Assembly (NCBI RefSeq): GCF_009914755.1
Contig: NC_060925.1
Reading direction: 5' to 3' (one strand)
DNA from: the human T2T-CHM13v2.0 reference genome, Homo sapiens
Length of the DNA: 64,000 nucleotides
The notes beneath the pieces are model-generated. The model saw nothing but the letters and a program-made list of their open reading frames with translations, ran no database searches and was not told the DNA's origin. This document shows, piece after piece, positions 13,501 to 27,744 of the stretch. Position numbers and translations under genes: made by a program. Within the stretch, counting starts at the first letter, position 1, and each line of letters begins with the position of its first letter.

Positions 13501-14955
13501 TATTTAGAAAAAAAACCAATATAGCTCAATGACTAGCCTTATAGGTCTTGCATCTGTTTGCTGACCTTTCTCATATGTTTCCAGATGAGGAGCCCTGGTC
13601 AAAGGCATGGTGGCTGAAGGTGTGTGTTCAGGCCACTGAGTTGTGTGGGACAGCTAAGGCCATTGCTAGTCAACAGGGCCTTGCCAGGCTCTTTCTGAAA
13701 GGCTGGGCTTCCTGTTGGCTGGGCCACCATTCATGACCATGCCAATGCTTGGGCAGTGGGATGGAAACAACACTCTAGATGTTAACTGCAATCAGTGGTG
13801 CTTCCCTACACAGAATCCCTGTGACTGGATGGGCAGTGACCATGGTGGAATCCTCCTGCTTATGGTCATCAGAGAAACGATTTGCAAAACTAGCAACACA
13901 AGCAAATTTAGCAAGGTGGGGATGAACAGAAGTTTTTTGTGATCAATAATAGCTTTAGTTCACTGTAACACTGATATGAAAGTGTTGACCCCTCCTGGTC
14001 CCAATCAGACATCGGCCAAGCCTTACCTGTCCAAGGTAAGAGGTGTGGGGGTTAAAGATAATCCAGGCACATGGATATATATTGGTAGGCTGGAGAAGTC
14101 TATCCAAAGGAAGCATGGTTTTTTTAAAAAACAATAAACTCCAAGTCTTCTCTTGAATGTGGACTGCTAACTAGTCTCCCAGGTAGACTTTTCTGAAGGT
14201 GCAGTTGACAGATGGCATCTTGTTCCCTCTCAAAGATCATGTTGTTCAGAGGAAGGGACAGAGATCTGACAGAGGGAGATTTAATCCCAGTCCTGGCTTA
14301 AAATAAGGAAGGATCTCAAAACCCAAGTGGCCCACTGGGGCCTATAATGAAAGCTGGTTTCACCTTTCGGGTATGGAAATAGTGATAGCAAGGCCTAGGA
14401 AGAAAACCAGGAGACACAGACAAGGGCCACCTTCCTCAATTTTCTATTGTCTCTCTCTGTGAGCAGGGCCAAGGCTCCCAGAGTGAGACGCTTCCTGAGG
14501 AATGCTTGAGGGTGGGGCCTGCGGCAGGCCTAACAACTTTCTGGCCTCACCTCTGCTCCCAGTTGCAATGGATTTAGGAACTGAGTGAGCACAGGGTGCC
14601 TACTTAATAGACTTTTCATGGGGAGCACGGCAGAGCTCTTGAGCATTTTGGTAAACTTCTCAGGGAAAAAAAAATGAATGGAACAAATTAATGGCAAAGC
14701 AAACCCCAAAGTAATCCTCTAAAGAAATATGGCACTGCATGAAGCCACTGGCTGGCAGATTTCCCAATCATGCAGATGGAGAACATCATACTGAAGAAGT
14801 TCTGCAGGGAGCAAGGATCACTTTCTCCCTGGTTTCGATGTTGCTGTGGAGGTTTTCATGTTCCATTAAAAAATATTAAAAATCCACAGACCAACCCAGA
14901 TGGATCCCTCCTCTTTCCTACTTCATTCTGGCAGCAGCTCCCTGGCCTTATGGTG

Positions 14956-15193
14956 CTAGATCTCTTTGCTGTCCCCATAGTCGTTGTAGGGGATACTCAG
15001 GGTCTGCTCCTCACACGTCTTCCTGAGGTCCCGGCTGAGCTCCGCCCAGTCAAGTCCGTAGGGTTTGATCTCGCTGTAGCGGCACCCCAGGTACTTGAGT
15101 GAGCTGCGCCGCAAGCTTATCTTGGGTTCCTGAAGGAGTCCATTGCACCAACTGCTGAGGTCCCCAAGCTGGGAAAGGATGAGACCAGCTTTC
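14956..15193 (-). CDS. ASTN1: ASTN1 terminal coding exon, [10 protein letters not shown]...[10 protein letters not shown] (78 aa)
   Basis: Acceptor ccatag|GAAA, TAG at 14958-14956. This C-terminus distinguishes ASTN1 from ASTN2. Confidence 0.97.
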
Positions 15194-16381
15194 CTATGGA
15201 TCAAGCACAGAGGATACTTAAGTTAGAAAGAAGAGAGGGTCTGGATGAGCACAGCTACTGTTAGTGTGAGACTCTAAACTTCAAGAGGGAAGAGTGTGGT
15301 GTGTTTTGCTCCCTATTTTATCTTTGGCACTTGGAACAGTGAGTCCTCCAAAAATATCTGTCAAGCAAATGAATGAATAAATGAATGAATGAATGAATTG
15401 GATAAATGTTCAAAGTGAGCAAGCACCAAAAAGAAACAGACAAAATGCATAATATTTTAGTGGAAATGCATGGCTTTTAAAAATCATAGAGTTGGCAGGT
15501 TTGAAAGACAAATCAAATCAAGTTTCTTTAAAGCTAGTCATTTATCATCACTAAATGACAAATAATATGCTTGACTGGATATTTCCCTTTCCAATGCCGC
15601 TTCTGAACTGGTAGAAGCAGCCGTTATGTTGAACTGAAAAGGATATTAGATGTGACCAATTATGCCTGGATGGAAGTAGCCATAGTGTAATAAAGGCAAG
15701 GACAATAATGCCCTCAGTTCATGTTGACACAGGATTAGCCTTTGGGAATATGCAGACTGTCAGTTGCACACATCACCTGATTAACCTCCAGGTGAGCTCA
15801 TGCTCCATTTCTCCACCTCCCTCAGAAAGTCAGGAGGCCATTATCATTGTCACTTAGCCCCAGTCAAAGGAGAGGGAAAACAGAGAAGGTGATGAAGGTC
15901 ACCTGAGCCATTGCAGATTCCTGAGAGAGAAGGGAGAGAGGACAGCAAGGTGCCCCAAGTTGTACACACTGGAAAGGAGTGAACCCCCTGGGCCAGAGTG
16001 TGAGAGCCTCTGGCATCCAGCTTGGGGGAAAGGACTGGCAACACCATGTCACTGGTGCAGACCAGTGGCACTCACTTCTGGTGTCATAGATAAAGAAAGT
16101 GTAGAGCCAGTTCTTAGACCTACTGGATTTGACTCTGAATACAGGAAGAGTAAAAGATCAGGATCCTCTCACTCAGTTGTGTTTTTCTTATTCTTTAAAA
16201 ATGCAAGTAACCAGAGACCCATGAAGGAAGACACTCTCATTTGAACAAGGTCTTGTGACTTGGAAAACTCAATGAAGACTACTGACTTGGAAACCTCAAT
16301 AAACACTATTCTTTGCAGCATTTATTGACTGCTAGTCTAACTCATGGGCAGAACCACTCTTTTCTAGTTCCATCAACAATT

Positions 16382-16724
16382 TGTATTAGTCCGTTTTCAT
16401 GCTGCTGAGAAAGACATACCTGAGACTGGGCAATTTACAAAAGAAAGGTTTAATTGGACTTACAGTTCCACATGGCTGGGGAAGCCTCACAATCATGGTG
16501 GAAGATGAAAGGTACATCTCACATGGCAGCAGACAAGAGAAGAGAGCTTTTGCAAGGAGACTCCCATTTTTAAAACCATCAGATCTCATGAGACTTATTC
16601 ACTATCACAAGGATAGCATTGAAAAGACCTGCCCCCATGATTCAATTACCTCCCCTGAGGTCCCTCCCACAACACATGAGAATTCAAGATGAGATTTGGG
16701 TGGGGACACAGCCAAATCATATCA
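16382..16724 (-). mobile_element. THE1 (MaLR) solo LTR
   Basis: tgtattagtccgttttcatgctgct...ggggacacagccaaatcatatca; perfect 5-bp TSD caatt at 16377-16381 and 16725-16729. Confidence 0.92.
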
Positions 16725-17964
16725 CAATTCCTTCCAGAAACTGAAATTTTATTCACCTTATTCAGAGGGAGGTTTCAAAGAACAATAGCCACATTCCTTT
16801 CATTTCTCTTCTACTGTTCTGGCAGAGAGCATCATCAAGAGATGACCTCCCTGCATTTCTAAAGGGTGAGCTGGGAGAAGGGCAGAGATTGCCACTGGAG
16901 GAAGGATTTGAGCTTCAGCAGCAAAGTCAAGGGCTAAGAGTAAAGTGAGGTCATGGGAGGGATAGTCATATTTTCTCCAACTTCAATGGTGGGTCAGAAG
17001 AAATCAAACACTCTGCCTGCTGACTAAATCATCTGGGGCAGATGATCTGTACTTTCCCTAAGAGCCTCTGCAGTTTGGCCAAGCAGGTTTTCCAAAAGTT
17101 GTCATCAACAAGAACTCTGGTGTCCCTTCCTCTCAGTCTGTCCTACTGTATGCCATTAGTTGTTGACAAGTTCATGGGAGGTGAAGAAAGAGGGAGTGGC
17201 AGAAGAGGGAGGGACAACATCAGCATCATCTTCAAGAAATGAACAAAGAACTTACATCATCCTTCCAAAAGAATGAATTAAATTAGTCCACACAGCCTTC
17301 GTTGCTGCTTTCAGTGCTCACTTTAAATAATAATAATTAATTTGGGATTGCCAAATTAATTTTGGAGCCTGTGACTTCCTTTCTAATTAGTGGTGCAACC
17401 AATGTTTTTCTCAAACTATTTTCAACCCTCAGCTCAATCTGGAGGCGTCATCAAGTTTTAATGAAATTGGGTTGTGGTGAACTGAGGGAATCCTCTGTTT
17501 GCTCAGAGGAAGTAAGTAGCCATAGACCCTTTTCTACTCATCTTCACAATTAACCCCAAAGTGGGTTGATGTATTTCAACACAGAGGATTTTTCCTTTCC
17601 TGTGGTTCTCTCTGAGATCCATGACACTAAACAGCCAAATTTTATTTCCTGCAGACTAATGAAACTACACAATGTTTTCTAATATATAGCCATGAAAGAC
17701 TAGTATTACACATGAAGGAACCTCCTGGGAGGAGAGTGTGCAGTCAGCGGTGGCCTTACTTTACAACAAGATCTACATTTCTTCCCCTGCTCACTTTCTT
17801 CATTAACCAATTTTCTTTCTGACTCTTGAGTCACAAAAGAGAAATTTTAAAAGCACTCCAAATGCCCTTAGAAATCAAGATGATATATGCAATGTTAGTG
17901 CCTTTCAAATTGTGACATTTATGTTCCCTGAAAAAGAACGGTATATATACACTCAATAAATGTC

Positions 17965-18062
17965 AGAAGAGAGAAGGGAAGGGAGAAGAAGAGGGGAGAG
18001 GGGAGCAGAGAGGAAAGGAGGGGGTGGAGAGGGAGGTAGAAGGGAGTGGAGAGGAGAGGACA
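17965..18062. repeat. GA-rich polypurine low-complexity tract
   Basis: Seen directly. Confidence 0.85.
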
Positions 18063-18589
18063 GTTAGAGAATGGAGTTGATATTAGGAATGAGTAAGAAT
18101 AAGGTAAAGATAAAGATAGAGTATGAAGTGAAGACAATATTTCTTAACATGTATCTACTTTCTAACTCTGGGTTTGTCTCTTATCAAAACTGAGACAAAA
18201 CAAATTAAAAATCCCTTACATTTTTCTCTCTGGTCTGTAGTGGTGGCTCTCTTTGTCCAAGAACTATCACCCTTTATAAACAGGAAATTATTTATGGATT
18301 GTAGAAAAACCCTGCCAGATCTTACACATAAAATCATTTTATTTCAGGAGATAAACCTAATTTTCCTCTTTCCTTCAAAAGTAAGAAAATAGAATGTCCT
18401 CAATGATGGTCTTCTGGGAAAGTTTATAACTGCAAGTCACAGCAGGCCAAATGAGGATGATTCTCTCTCCAGTTTAGTCAGAGGTCAGATGGATGGGATG
18501 ACTTTTGTATGGTACTTTCATTCTGCCCTGTTGGCTGGAGTGAAAGAATTCTTTAAGGGACAGAGGATTCTATAGTGTTGATTTTCTTC

Positions 18590-18700
18590 ATTTCCTTCCT
18601 TCCTTCCTTCCTTCCTTGTTTGCTTCCTTCTTTCCTTCCTTCCTTTTAAATTTTTTCCTTCCTTCTTCATTTTCTTTCTCATTCATTCTTTTTTCTATTC
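18590..18700. repeat. (TTCC)n pyrimidine-rich simple repeat
   Basis: Seen directly. Confidence 0.85.
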
Positions 18701-19503
18701 TCACAGCTCTTCCCCTATTTTTATTTTTTCTTCATGAGCACCTAAATAATTTGGGGACATATAGGTACCAACATTCCATATGAAAATCCTTTTTATCATA
18801 TCTATCCAAAAATTTCAGTCTTTCCAGGGAAGTCTGTTTTCTCAAAGCAGCAATATACAGTTATGATTAACAGAACAAAAGAAAAGTGATACATCTGCAG
18901 ATTCTTCTCATTTCTTACTTTCCAAGCACTCTAATCTGTCTGTGCAACCTAAAAGCAGTGGGTGTGGGTATTAGGCAGTCATGGCCCCTGGGGCCAAGAG
19001 AAGTTAGCACACACTATGCGACCCTAGCTCCGGCCAAGATTGATGTCAAGATGGGTCTTTGGCTACTCTCATGTTGCATTTCAAGAGATGTGGAATTTAA
19101 TTCAAAATAAGTATTTACAATGGATGTAACATATGAAAAACCTAAATGCAAAAAAAATTTTTAGATATCCTCTTTAATAAAATTCCAAATTTCCTTTCAC
19201 AAGACCATGCTTTTGACTCTTTGAGTTTTAGGGTTTGGAATGCAATGTCAACATGATAAAAAAGGAGGGCAAAATAGGTCAAGAGCAAAATTTTTTTTCA
19301 GAGTTCAGGAAAAGCATTCATGGCTGGACTGCTTAAATAGAGCTTATCCAAAACTAATCTGCATGGACTGAACTGTCTTAAATCAGAGGACTGACTTCTC
19401 TGATTGCCTAAGCTCATCCAGGAAATCTCTACAACTTCATGGATGCAGTATTACGGCACAAGAGGTACAAAATTTCAAGAAGTCTTTAAAAGGGTTGACT
19501 TAG

Positions 19504-19514
19504 TTTATTGATTA
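19504..19514 (-). terminator. In-frame stop plus AATAAA directly after the exon-22 donor (intronic polyadenylation isoform ending ...LGPR*)
   Basis: Minus strand reads CCC AG|G TAA TC AATAAA, followed by a T-rich tract. Confidence 0.7.
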
Positions 19515-19730
<216 letters not shown>

Positions 19731-19732
19731 TT

Positions 19733-19935
19733 ACATATATATAATAATGTATATATATACACACATTATATATGATCTATATCATATAGACATATCACAT
19801 ATAAACATATGTAGATCATTTATAATGTATATATAATATGCATATATATCATATAGTATATACATACACATATATGTGCGTATGTCAATGTGTATGTATA
19901 TACATATATGCATGTTTACTTATGTGTGTGTGAGT
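19733..19935. repeat. Degenerate (TA)n/(TATG)n array next to the exon-22 acceptor
   Basis: Seen directly. Confidence 0.85.
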
Positions 19936-20097
19936 ATGCTGTTACAGAAAGAGCATTGAACCCAAGGCCTGAAGAAAGTGATTTGAGTAATTCACTTTGT
20001 GTCTGCCCCACCAGGCTTAAGTTTTCTATTCTATAAAATAAAAGGCTTTGACTAGACTCTCTCTAAGGTCTGTTTCAGTTACAATATTCTTTCTTTT

Positions 20098-20650
20098 ACT
20101 CAGGTTTTCTAAAAAGACCTAGCTTGAGGAAAAAGCTCATATATTAACACTTTTTTGGAAAGTGCAATCCCAGAGAAGCAGGAGCGAAGATAAAGGGAAA
20201 TGAAGCAAGAAAGAAGAGAAAGTAAATATAAGGGAGAGCATGAAGGAGCTGGCCATGCCTTCCTGATGAGCTGACTGCTACATTTTGCAGGAGAGGATGT
20301 ATGAACTGCTGGATCGCCACTGGGTCATTCAGGGGTAGAAGGAAAGAATTTATCTCCAGCTTCCATCCATGATTGGTCTGAGTGTGTTCCCATGGGGCAT
20401 TAACAACCCTGCACTTCTAGGTGGCATGTGCTTGAATACCAGGGTTCCTGCCAAAGTAGCAGGGCAGCCCTGGCAGTGGGTGGTGCGCATTCGGCTCAGA
20501 GATGAAGTGAGGCACTGTCAGGCAGTGCTTGCGAGTGATGTGAAGAGTCTGGAGTGGCCTCAAGACTGTGGGAAAGCAGAACCCTTGTTAGGACCACCTA
20601 GACCAGGTGCAAAGGCAGATCTGTGGAGACCCAGAAATGGAATCTAGTGT
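20098..20650. mobile_element. LTR16-like ERVL LTR remnant
   Basis: gtgcaatcccagagaagcagg and cccatggggcattaacaaccctgcacttc motifs. Confidence 0.5.
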
Positions 20651-23249
20651 AAATGAGTAATCTTTCCATTTAATTTATGTCTCTGATATTTCTTCCTCAA
20701 AGGCATAAATTACTAAGTCTGAAGTTGGTGATGTGGCAAAGTGGAAATGATTTTGTATAGACTTGGCATTTTTTTCTTACAGAGCTCAAAGTAGTTCATC
20801 ATTAAATATTTTCTCTTTTAATTTGTCCAAAAGGAGATGTATTTACATTTTTCTCTCTAAACAGCTTGGAAACTAAGATCTGGAGAGCAACGTTTTGTCT
20901 TGGATGCAGTGTTAATTCTGGGCATGAAGAAATGAAGTCCACAGGTTCCTAAGCCACAACTTGGCCAGTGTGACCATCTGTTAGCTCGCAGCCATGGTAG
21001 CTTGATTCCTGGTCAAACTTCCAAGTGACTTCAGCACTGCTGGTCATGACAAAGTCATCCCTGTAGCAGTTTCCAGAGTTGGAATGAATAAAGTTTCTAC
21101 CTCTATCCTGCCCAGACACTGCAATTATTTCTTTACTTTTTTGTCTTACCTGTTGCCTATGAGGACAGGAGCCAGATTGTATGCCCTTACTATCCTGAGT
21201 GGCTAGCACAAGGCCAGACAATCTAGTAGATCCAAAAATGTTACCTGAATGAATAGAACTTAAACCTTTGGAAACAATTTAAATTTACTTTGGGGAAGAG
21301 TTTCTCACTGATATCTCTTGATACCAGGTGACACCAATCCTGTAGCAACCAAACTTGCAGCCAGCATATTTAGCTGCATTGCAAATAACTTTAGTATAGA
21401 AGTCCACTTAGATTTTCAGGTTGTTAAAATTCTCATATTGTTAAAAATGGAATTAAGAAATAAAGAAGATAGTGATTTAGAAAATAAATATCTATGGTAT
21501 CTCCAGTTGTTTATCAAAGGCCTATGATTGCCAAGAACTTTGCACATGTGATTCCCAATCCTTACACTACCACTGAAAGATGAATACGAATGTGCCTGTT
21601 TTATAAATGAGAAGATTTGGGAAAAGGCCAAGTTACCTACCTGCCCAAGGTCACACTGCCAGGGTGAGATGGAGTCAAAACTGAAAACTATGACTATCTG
21701 CCGTTGCTATTGTGTACTGATGTGTGGGAATAGATGATGTATAATCAATTTAAGGTACAGGAGGCAGAGTCATGGGATGGAAAATCTGGGATGACTCTCT
21801 CTAGTCATGAGCATTGCACTGATTGGGCCCCAGATGCCAAGAAAGAGGGAATCCTAGTAGCTGTGCAGGGGGTCTGTCATTTCTGAAGTTGAGACAAGAA
21901 GAGGCCAAGGGACTCTTCTAAGAGCTGTGTTGTATTCCATGGGAAGCAAGGAGCGCTTGCTGAGAGAAGAATGACCGGGGGAGGAAAAATGCTGGTGATA
22001 AGACCAGAGCTGAGATAGGCAGATCTGGACTTCCTCTCCCACCCCTGCACTGGTGCCAATCTGTGCCTACTTCTTGTGATAAGAAAGAACAGTCCACACG
22101 CCAGGCCCTGGTTGTGGTAGTCTTTGCGGAGGAGCAGTGATGGCTGAGGAGGTGCCTATCATTCTCATAACATAGTAGTCATATCCAGCTAGGGAAGACT
22201 AAGGGCTCCCAGCTTTTGCAGCACGTGGGATGAGACCAGTTTCCACCACCAATCTCCTAAAACCACGATATTCTAGCTCTTGGGTGTGCTTAAGAGCCCA
22301 CATCAGTAAGTCAGACGCTGTCTTCAGAAAGATCTATGCTCCAGGCTCCTAGAGCATGAATATTTCTGGCTCCTCCTATTTCCACAGAAAGAATTGAGAG
22401 AATTTATTTTGTTAGTCTTCATAGCATCTCAAGAATTCACTAACTTAAACAATGGAAAATAGTATAGGTATTTTTAGTTATAATTTTACTCAATTGCAGG
22501 TTCACAGAAACCTTGAGTTATTCAAGACAGATACCTGTCTTCTCTCTCTTTAACATTCATGATGTTCAGAAATAGATAAGATGCAGGTGAAAATATGGCA
22601 AAGAGCCTGTCTACACAGCCTCATCATAAAAAACATGATTAGAAAAGAACTGAGATCTCTCAGGCAGCCGGGTAAATTGGCTGAGACTGAGGCTCTCAGA
22701 CCCAGACACCATGGCATCAAATGGAGTTGGGCCACACCAGCTGTGTGGCCTGGGACAAGTTACTTAACCTCTCTGGGTGTTAGTTTCCATGTCTGTTCAA
22801 TGATGGTTAATAATACATACCCTCCAAGATTCTTGTGAGAATAAAAGCTATATTAAATGTCAAACCTTTTTTTTTTTTTAAAAAAAAAGCACAATGTTTG
22901 GACATAGTAAGCTTGTATTTATTGATTTATCAACTAAAATTGTTTTCGAGTGCTTACTATGTGCCTGACAGTTTTCTATGTACGTGCACTACGTTGGACA
23001 AAAATCCTCACCCTTATGGCACTTACAGTCTGGTGGTAGGAGACAGTCAGGTCAGGTAAGCAATAAACATAGTAAATAAGTAAAATATAGTGTGTTCAAA
23101 AGTGGGGAAAAATAAAACAAGATGAAGTTCCTCCTTTCACAGCCTCTATATTTCTGTGAAATCTATTCTCCAATAATGAAAAGGAGAACCGAAAGGATTT
23201 GCCAATGGGTTGGATGTAGAGCATGAGAGCAGGCAGGGGCCACTTCACA

Positions 23250-23735
23250 GTCCATCATGTCAGCCCCTTGCTCACAGTCCTCCAGGGCTTCCCATTCCAA
23301 TCCCAGGCAGAGTACAGTGCCCTATTTTGATGACCAGGCCCTGTGGAATCTTCCCCACACTCTTGGAGCTCCTCTCCTGCTCTTCTCCCTCCCACTGTTC
23401 CTCCTTCCTCTTCTTCAAACATGAGCCAAGAATCTCTGTACCGCTGCTCCCTGATCTGGAACGATCTTCCCCTAGATTTCTGCACGACTTTCTCCCTCAC
23501 CTTCTTCCCAAGCCACTCCAGTTAAAATTCTACCCTCTGCACCTCCTATCCCACAGCCCTCCTTATGTATCTCCATAACACGTATCGCCATCTGAAATAT
23601 TATACACATTACTGTTTTGCTGTTGTTGGTCATCCTTACTAAGATATAAGCTCCATGAGACAGGAGGTTTGGCTCCTACTGCCTAGAACAGGTATTTAGT
23701 AAGGGCTTAATGTGTATTGAATGACATAATGAATT
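23250..23735 (+). mobile_element. L2 LINE 3' fragment
   Basis: catcatgtcagccccttgctcacagtcctccagggcttccc...taagctccatgagacagg. Confidence 0.7.
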
Positions 23736-25344
23736 CATGAAATAGGATTATAAAATTCTTGAAAACAGATTTTGATTCTAATTGCTTTTGTGTGTAGCAT
23801 CTAATAGCAGGGTTCGATAAATGGCTGTGGAAAGAGCAAATAAAGGGATGGATAAACATTTATGTCTGCATCAGGAAGACAGAACAGGCATCAGGGAGGG
23901 GTGGATGAGAACTAGCCTTCCCTGGATGAAGCTTCATGAAGAACTCTCGGAAGGCCATGGCCTGACCTAGAGTCTAGCCAAGAGGGTTGATCTCATTACT
24001 CACATGAGCTTGAACCTACTGGGGGAAGGCTGGTTTCAGCAAAACATCGGTAGAAACTTATTTCCACAGTGGCTTTAGTGTCATGATGCAGGAAAATTCC
24101 TCAGAGAAAGTATCTAGTTTAGGATAAATCTTCACATAAGGGATGAAGTCTGGCTTTTAGGTAGATAATGAGGAGCTGAAGTCATGCTCCAGGTCACTTA
24201 AAAGGTAATTCCCATTTGTTATTGGATTTAAACTCAGACCTGAGTGCTGCGAGATCATATTTATGATCACCATCTGGGTGGGAGGAAGACAAAGCATATG
24301 GTATTTTGGTAGAACTGCTAGAACTGTATTAATTAGCAAGGATACCCTCAATTAGTCTAAGTCATTAATTCTGGATTTACCTGCACAGGACACCTTCCTG
24401 GCTGAAGGATAACAGGCCCTGGGAGTGTTATTTCACTGTCTCAACACTAAATTGGCTCTTCTGCTCCCAGCTCGTCTGCTGGGATTTCAGAAACTCCCTT
24501 TATTAAGAAGCACAAGCAGGCAGAGCACATCTTGATGTACTCTGGAGGGCTTGGGTTGACCCGAAGGAGCCCCGCATGGAAAACTGTGTAGTTGTCTGCT
24601 CCCAGCAAACTTCCCTATATGGGCCACTCTTTATTCTAGAATTACTTTCTACCTATCCATCCCTGTAGGTAGCATCATGCTGCATCCCCTCCACCTGCTA
24701 ATCACCTCCCTGATGTCCCACCACCCGCTGCCTACTCCCTGATTTCCCACTACTCACTGCAGGCTGTACTACCTGCAAGGACACCAGCAAATGCTCCAAC
24801 ACAGGAATAGCAGAGGCACCTTCTCGCTACCTGCCTCTCTCTGGCTTAGAGGAAGAAATCAGCAGACAATGAAATAAGGGTGTCATGGGTCCTCTGCAGA
24901 CAGTCTCTCATCTGGGAGTTTTCAATGCCAGTTTTCCTCATCAGGGAATTGCAGAGACCTTCGAAAGTCATTCAGTCTATACCCTATAAGCCAGCAGCAC
25001 TCACTCCAGAGGGTCTAAAAAGGGAGAGTTTCGGTATGTAACTTGAACAGTCTTTTAAAATGTGAGCCTTTTCTTCTTCACCAGTATTTAAAGACAAGGG
25101 GGAAGGGCTTCAGTCTTTGACATAATAATTCTCTAACCATTTTTTGGTAACATGGACAAAATGGGAATTGGGTAAAATAACAAGTGTGAGTGCTGGTTCT
25201 GCCAGATGCTTTGTGATCTTTATCACTTTACTTACTCCACTCTGAATCTCAATTGCTGCATCTATAACATGGGGGTATTGTGCCATTCCTTCAGTAAATA
25301 CTTATTGACTTCCTAGTAGACAGCAAGCTCTATGGTTGGTTACT

Positions 25345-26130
25345 GATAATAATGGCAGCTAACTTTTACTGAATATTATTATATGCCAGGCACTGGGTGG
25401 TTTTTTTCTATTTTAAATTAATTAAGTCATTCAATTTTCACTAGAACTTCATTAGCTAGGGTACTATCTCCCTCATCCCCAGTTTACCAATAAGTAAACT
25501 GAGGCACGGGGTGAAGTAACCTGTTGAAGATCAAGCAGTTAGATGGGAGGCAGGCATTTGAATTTGGGATGCTGATTCCAGGTTCTCTGCAATGAGTTGG
25601 TCAACCATGCTGCCTCCCAGGTGTTAGTGACCTAACAGTGGACAAAAACAGACTGGGATCCTGCTCTCATGGAGCTCACTGTCTAGTGAGGTAGAAAGGC
25701 ATTGAACATATCATTATAATAATAAATATGATGAATGTTCTGAAGAATAAAACATGGTACTGTGAGGATACCTTATTATGGCTCCTGGCCCTTTCTGCCC
25801 TGAGGAAGGAACACTTGATCTGAGATTTGCAGAATAAGAGGTGTTCATCAGTTGACAGGGTAAGAGAATTCTAGGTAATGGGACCAATGTGTGCAAAGGC
25901 CTCATGGTAGAATGAAAACGGTTTTGGAAGAACTGAGGAAGGCAGTGAGGCTGGAATGCAGAAATTGGCTAAGGGAGGGGGCCGAAGTGCTGGAGAAGTG
26001 GGCTGGGGCCACTCCATTTAGGTCCTAATTTACCTGTTTAATATTTTTGTCACAAGAGGAATGGCAATACATGAAAGAGTTTTAAGAAGGGCCCTTGATA
26101 TGATCAGGTGTCTGTGTTGGAAATAACCCT
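25345..26130 (-). mobile_element. MIR (25345-25615) followed by an L2 fragment
   Basis: aataatggcagctaac...gtaaactgaggcac, then gatcctgctctcatggagctcactgtctagtg. Confidence 0.65.
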
Positions 26131-27191
26131 ACCTTTAACATGCTCTGCAGATTAAAGATGAAAATCTTTTCAGATGTTGCATAGTGCTACAATATTAGTG
26201 GTTTTAATTAATGGGAATCTAGGTCACTCTTTCCCCTGTGATTTTGCATCATCACAGTGTCACCCCTTGGACATTCTGGGATTATGTCCCTCCTGTCAAT
26301 CTAATACACCTGGAGTCAGGAGCCATATATAAGATGATTTAAGGGATGTCAGCAAATCAGACTGGACACAATATTTCTCTTACTGAAACTTGCACAACCT
26401 AAAACTTTCAGCATCAATGTCTTTGTTAATATGCAAATGCTATCCGTTCAATACTACCACATTAGTGGTTGATAAGATTACTTAAATTAGTGCTGGAGCC
26501 CTGAAGAAGTGGTGACCAGGATGATTAAAATTCTGGTTATAAATAGGGTGTAAAAACCTTAGAACAGGGGATGATGTCAAGACCAGCCCGGTATTGTCAT
26601 GAGGAAAAGGTAAGCTTTGTGCAATGGATGTTGACTGAAGTCAAGTTTTTCTTAATTAACAGGGACTGATCCTGCAGGGGAGTTTGTACTAAAGACAGCC
26701 AGCTATTTATCAAAGAACTGGCCCACAACTTCAAAATATACAATTAAAAATTTTGATGTATTTTTGCCAGGGATGGGAGGATTTAGCAATTAACTGCAAA
26801 TCTGCAGCCTTGCTGTATATGTTAATTCAAAATAATCTTTCAGATGTACAAAAACCTATAGACAGAGTGAGTGACCCTATCAGTATCCTGAGGGCAGAGA
26901 TCACAGGTACTTCACTACATACGTCAGCACCTGGCATACAATCGTCTATGCTAGGGGGCTTCATCAGTGTCTCCTATGGGCTCCCTGACTTAATGACTGT
27001 GTGGAGTAATGCAATACGATGAGGACTTTTGCCAGCGGCTGAGTATTATTTCTGGAAAGGCAATGCTCCTGTACTGGGCCTTGAATTCTCCTTCCCTGCT
27101 GAACTCCAGGTTGTTCTATTCAACTCTCTTGGTCCTTCTGTCCTCATAGCAAGTGGTGGGTACCTGGGGCATCCCTTCAGAAACACTGCTA

Positions 27192-27374
<183 letters not shown>

Positions 27375-27567
27375 CTAGCTCATGGCCCAGCTCTGCCTGA
27401 ATGGGTGGCTATGGACCCAGATACTCTCGTCATCCTGGGTCACGTTTACTGCCACCATCCCAGGCAGAAAGATGAAGCCTAGAGCCTCTCACTGCTTCCT
27501 AGTGGGTCTTGGGTTGTAATTTGCTGTCTTGGGTATATTTTTTGGCAGAAAGCATCTGGCATCAGGC

Positions 27568-27744
27568 ACTGGTTCTCAAAGTCGGGCCCCCAGACCAGCA
27601 GGACCAGCATTACCTGGGAACCTGGGAGCAGCAGACCCTAGCCCAGACCCACTGAATTAGAAACTCTAGGGATGGGAACCAGACCTCTGTGCTTTCCCGG
27701 GTGTTCCAGGTGACTCTGGTGCCTGTTAAACTTTGACAACCACT
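27568..27744. mobile_element. MER5A (hAT-Charlie)
   Basis: Ends cactggttctcaaagt ... actttgacaaccact, with internal ccagacccactgaattagaaactct. Confidence 0.8.

Larger units (their letters stand above)
11740..14955 (-). other. ASTN1: ASTN1 main 3'UTR (~3.2 kb; distal end approximate)
   Basis: Runs from the stop codon to ~20 nt past the AATAAA at 11763-11758. The distal ~300 nt are AU-rich. Confidence 0.8.

Noticed and set aside
14930-14958. Possible stop-codon read-through at TAG-C
   Set aside because: Not the TGA-CTAG motif; the extension would be only ~10 aa.
16256-16309. 27-bp two-copy tandem duplication (similar small duplications near 1860, 4000 and 51770)
   Set aside because: Ordinary slippage duplications; no array or spacer structure.
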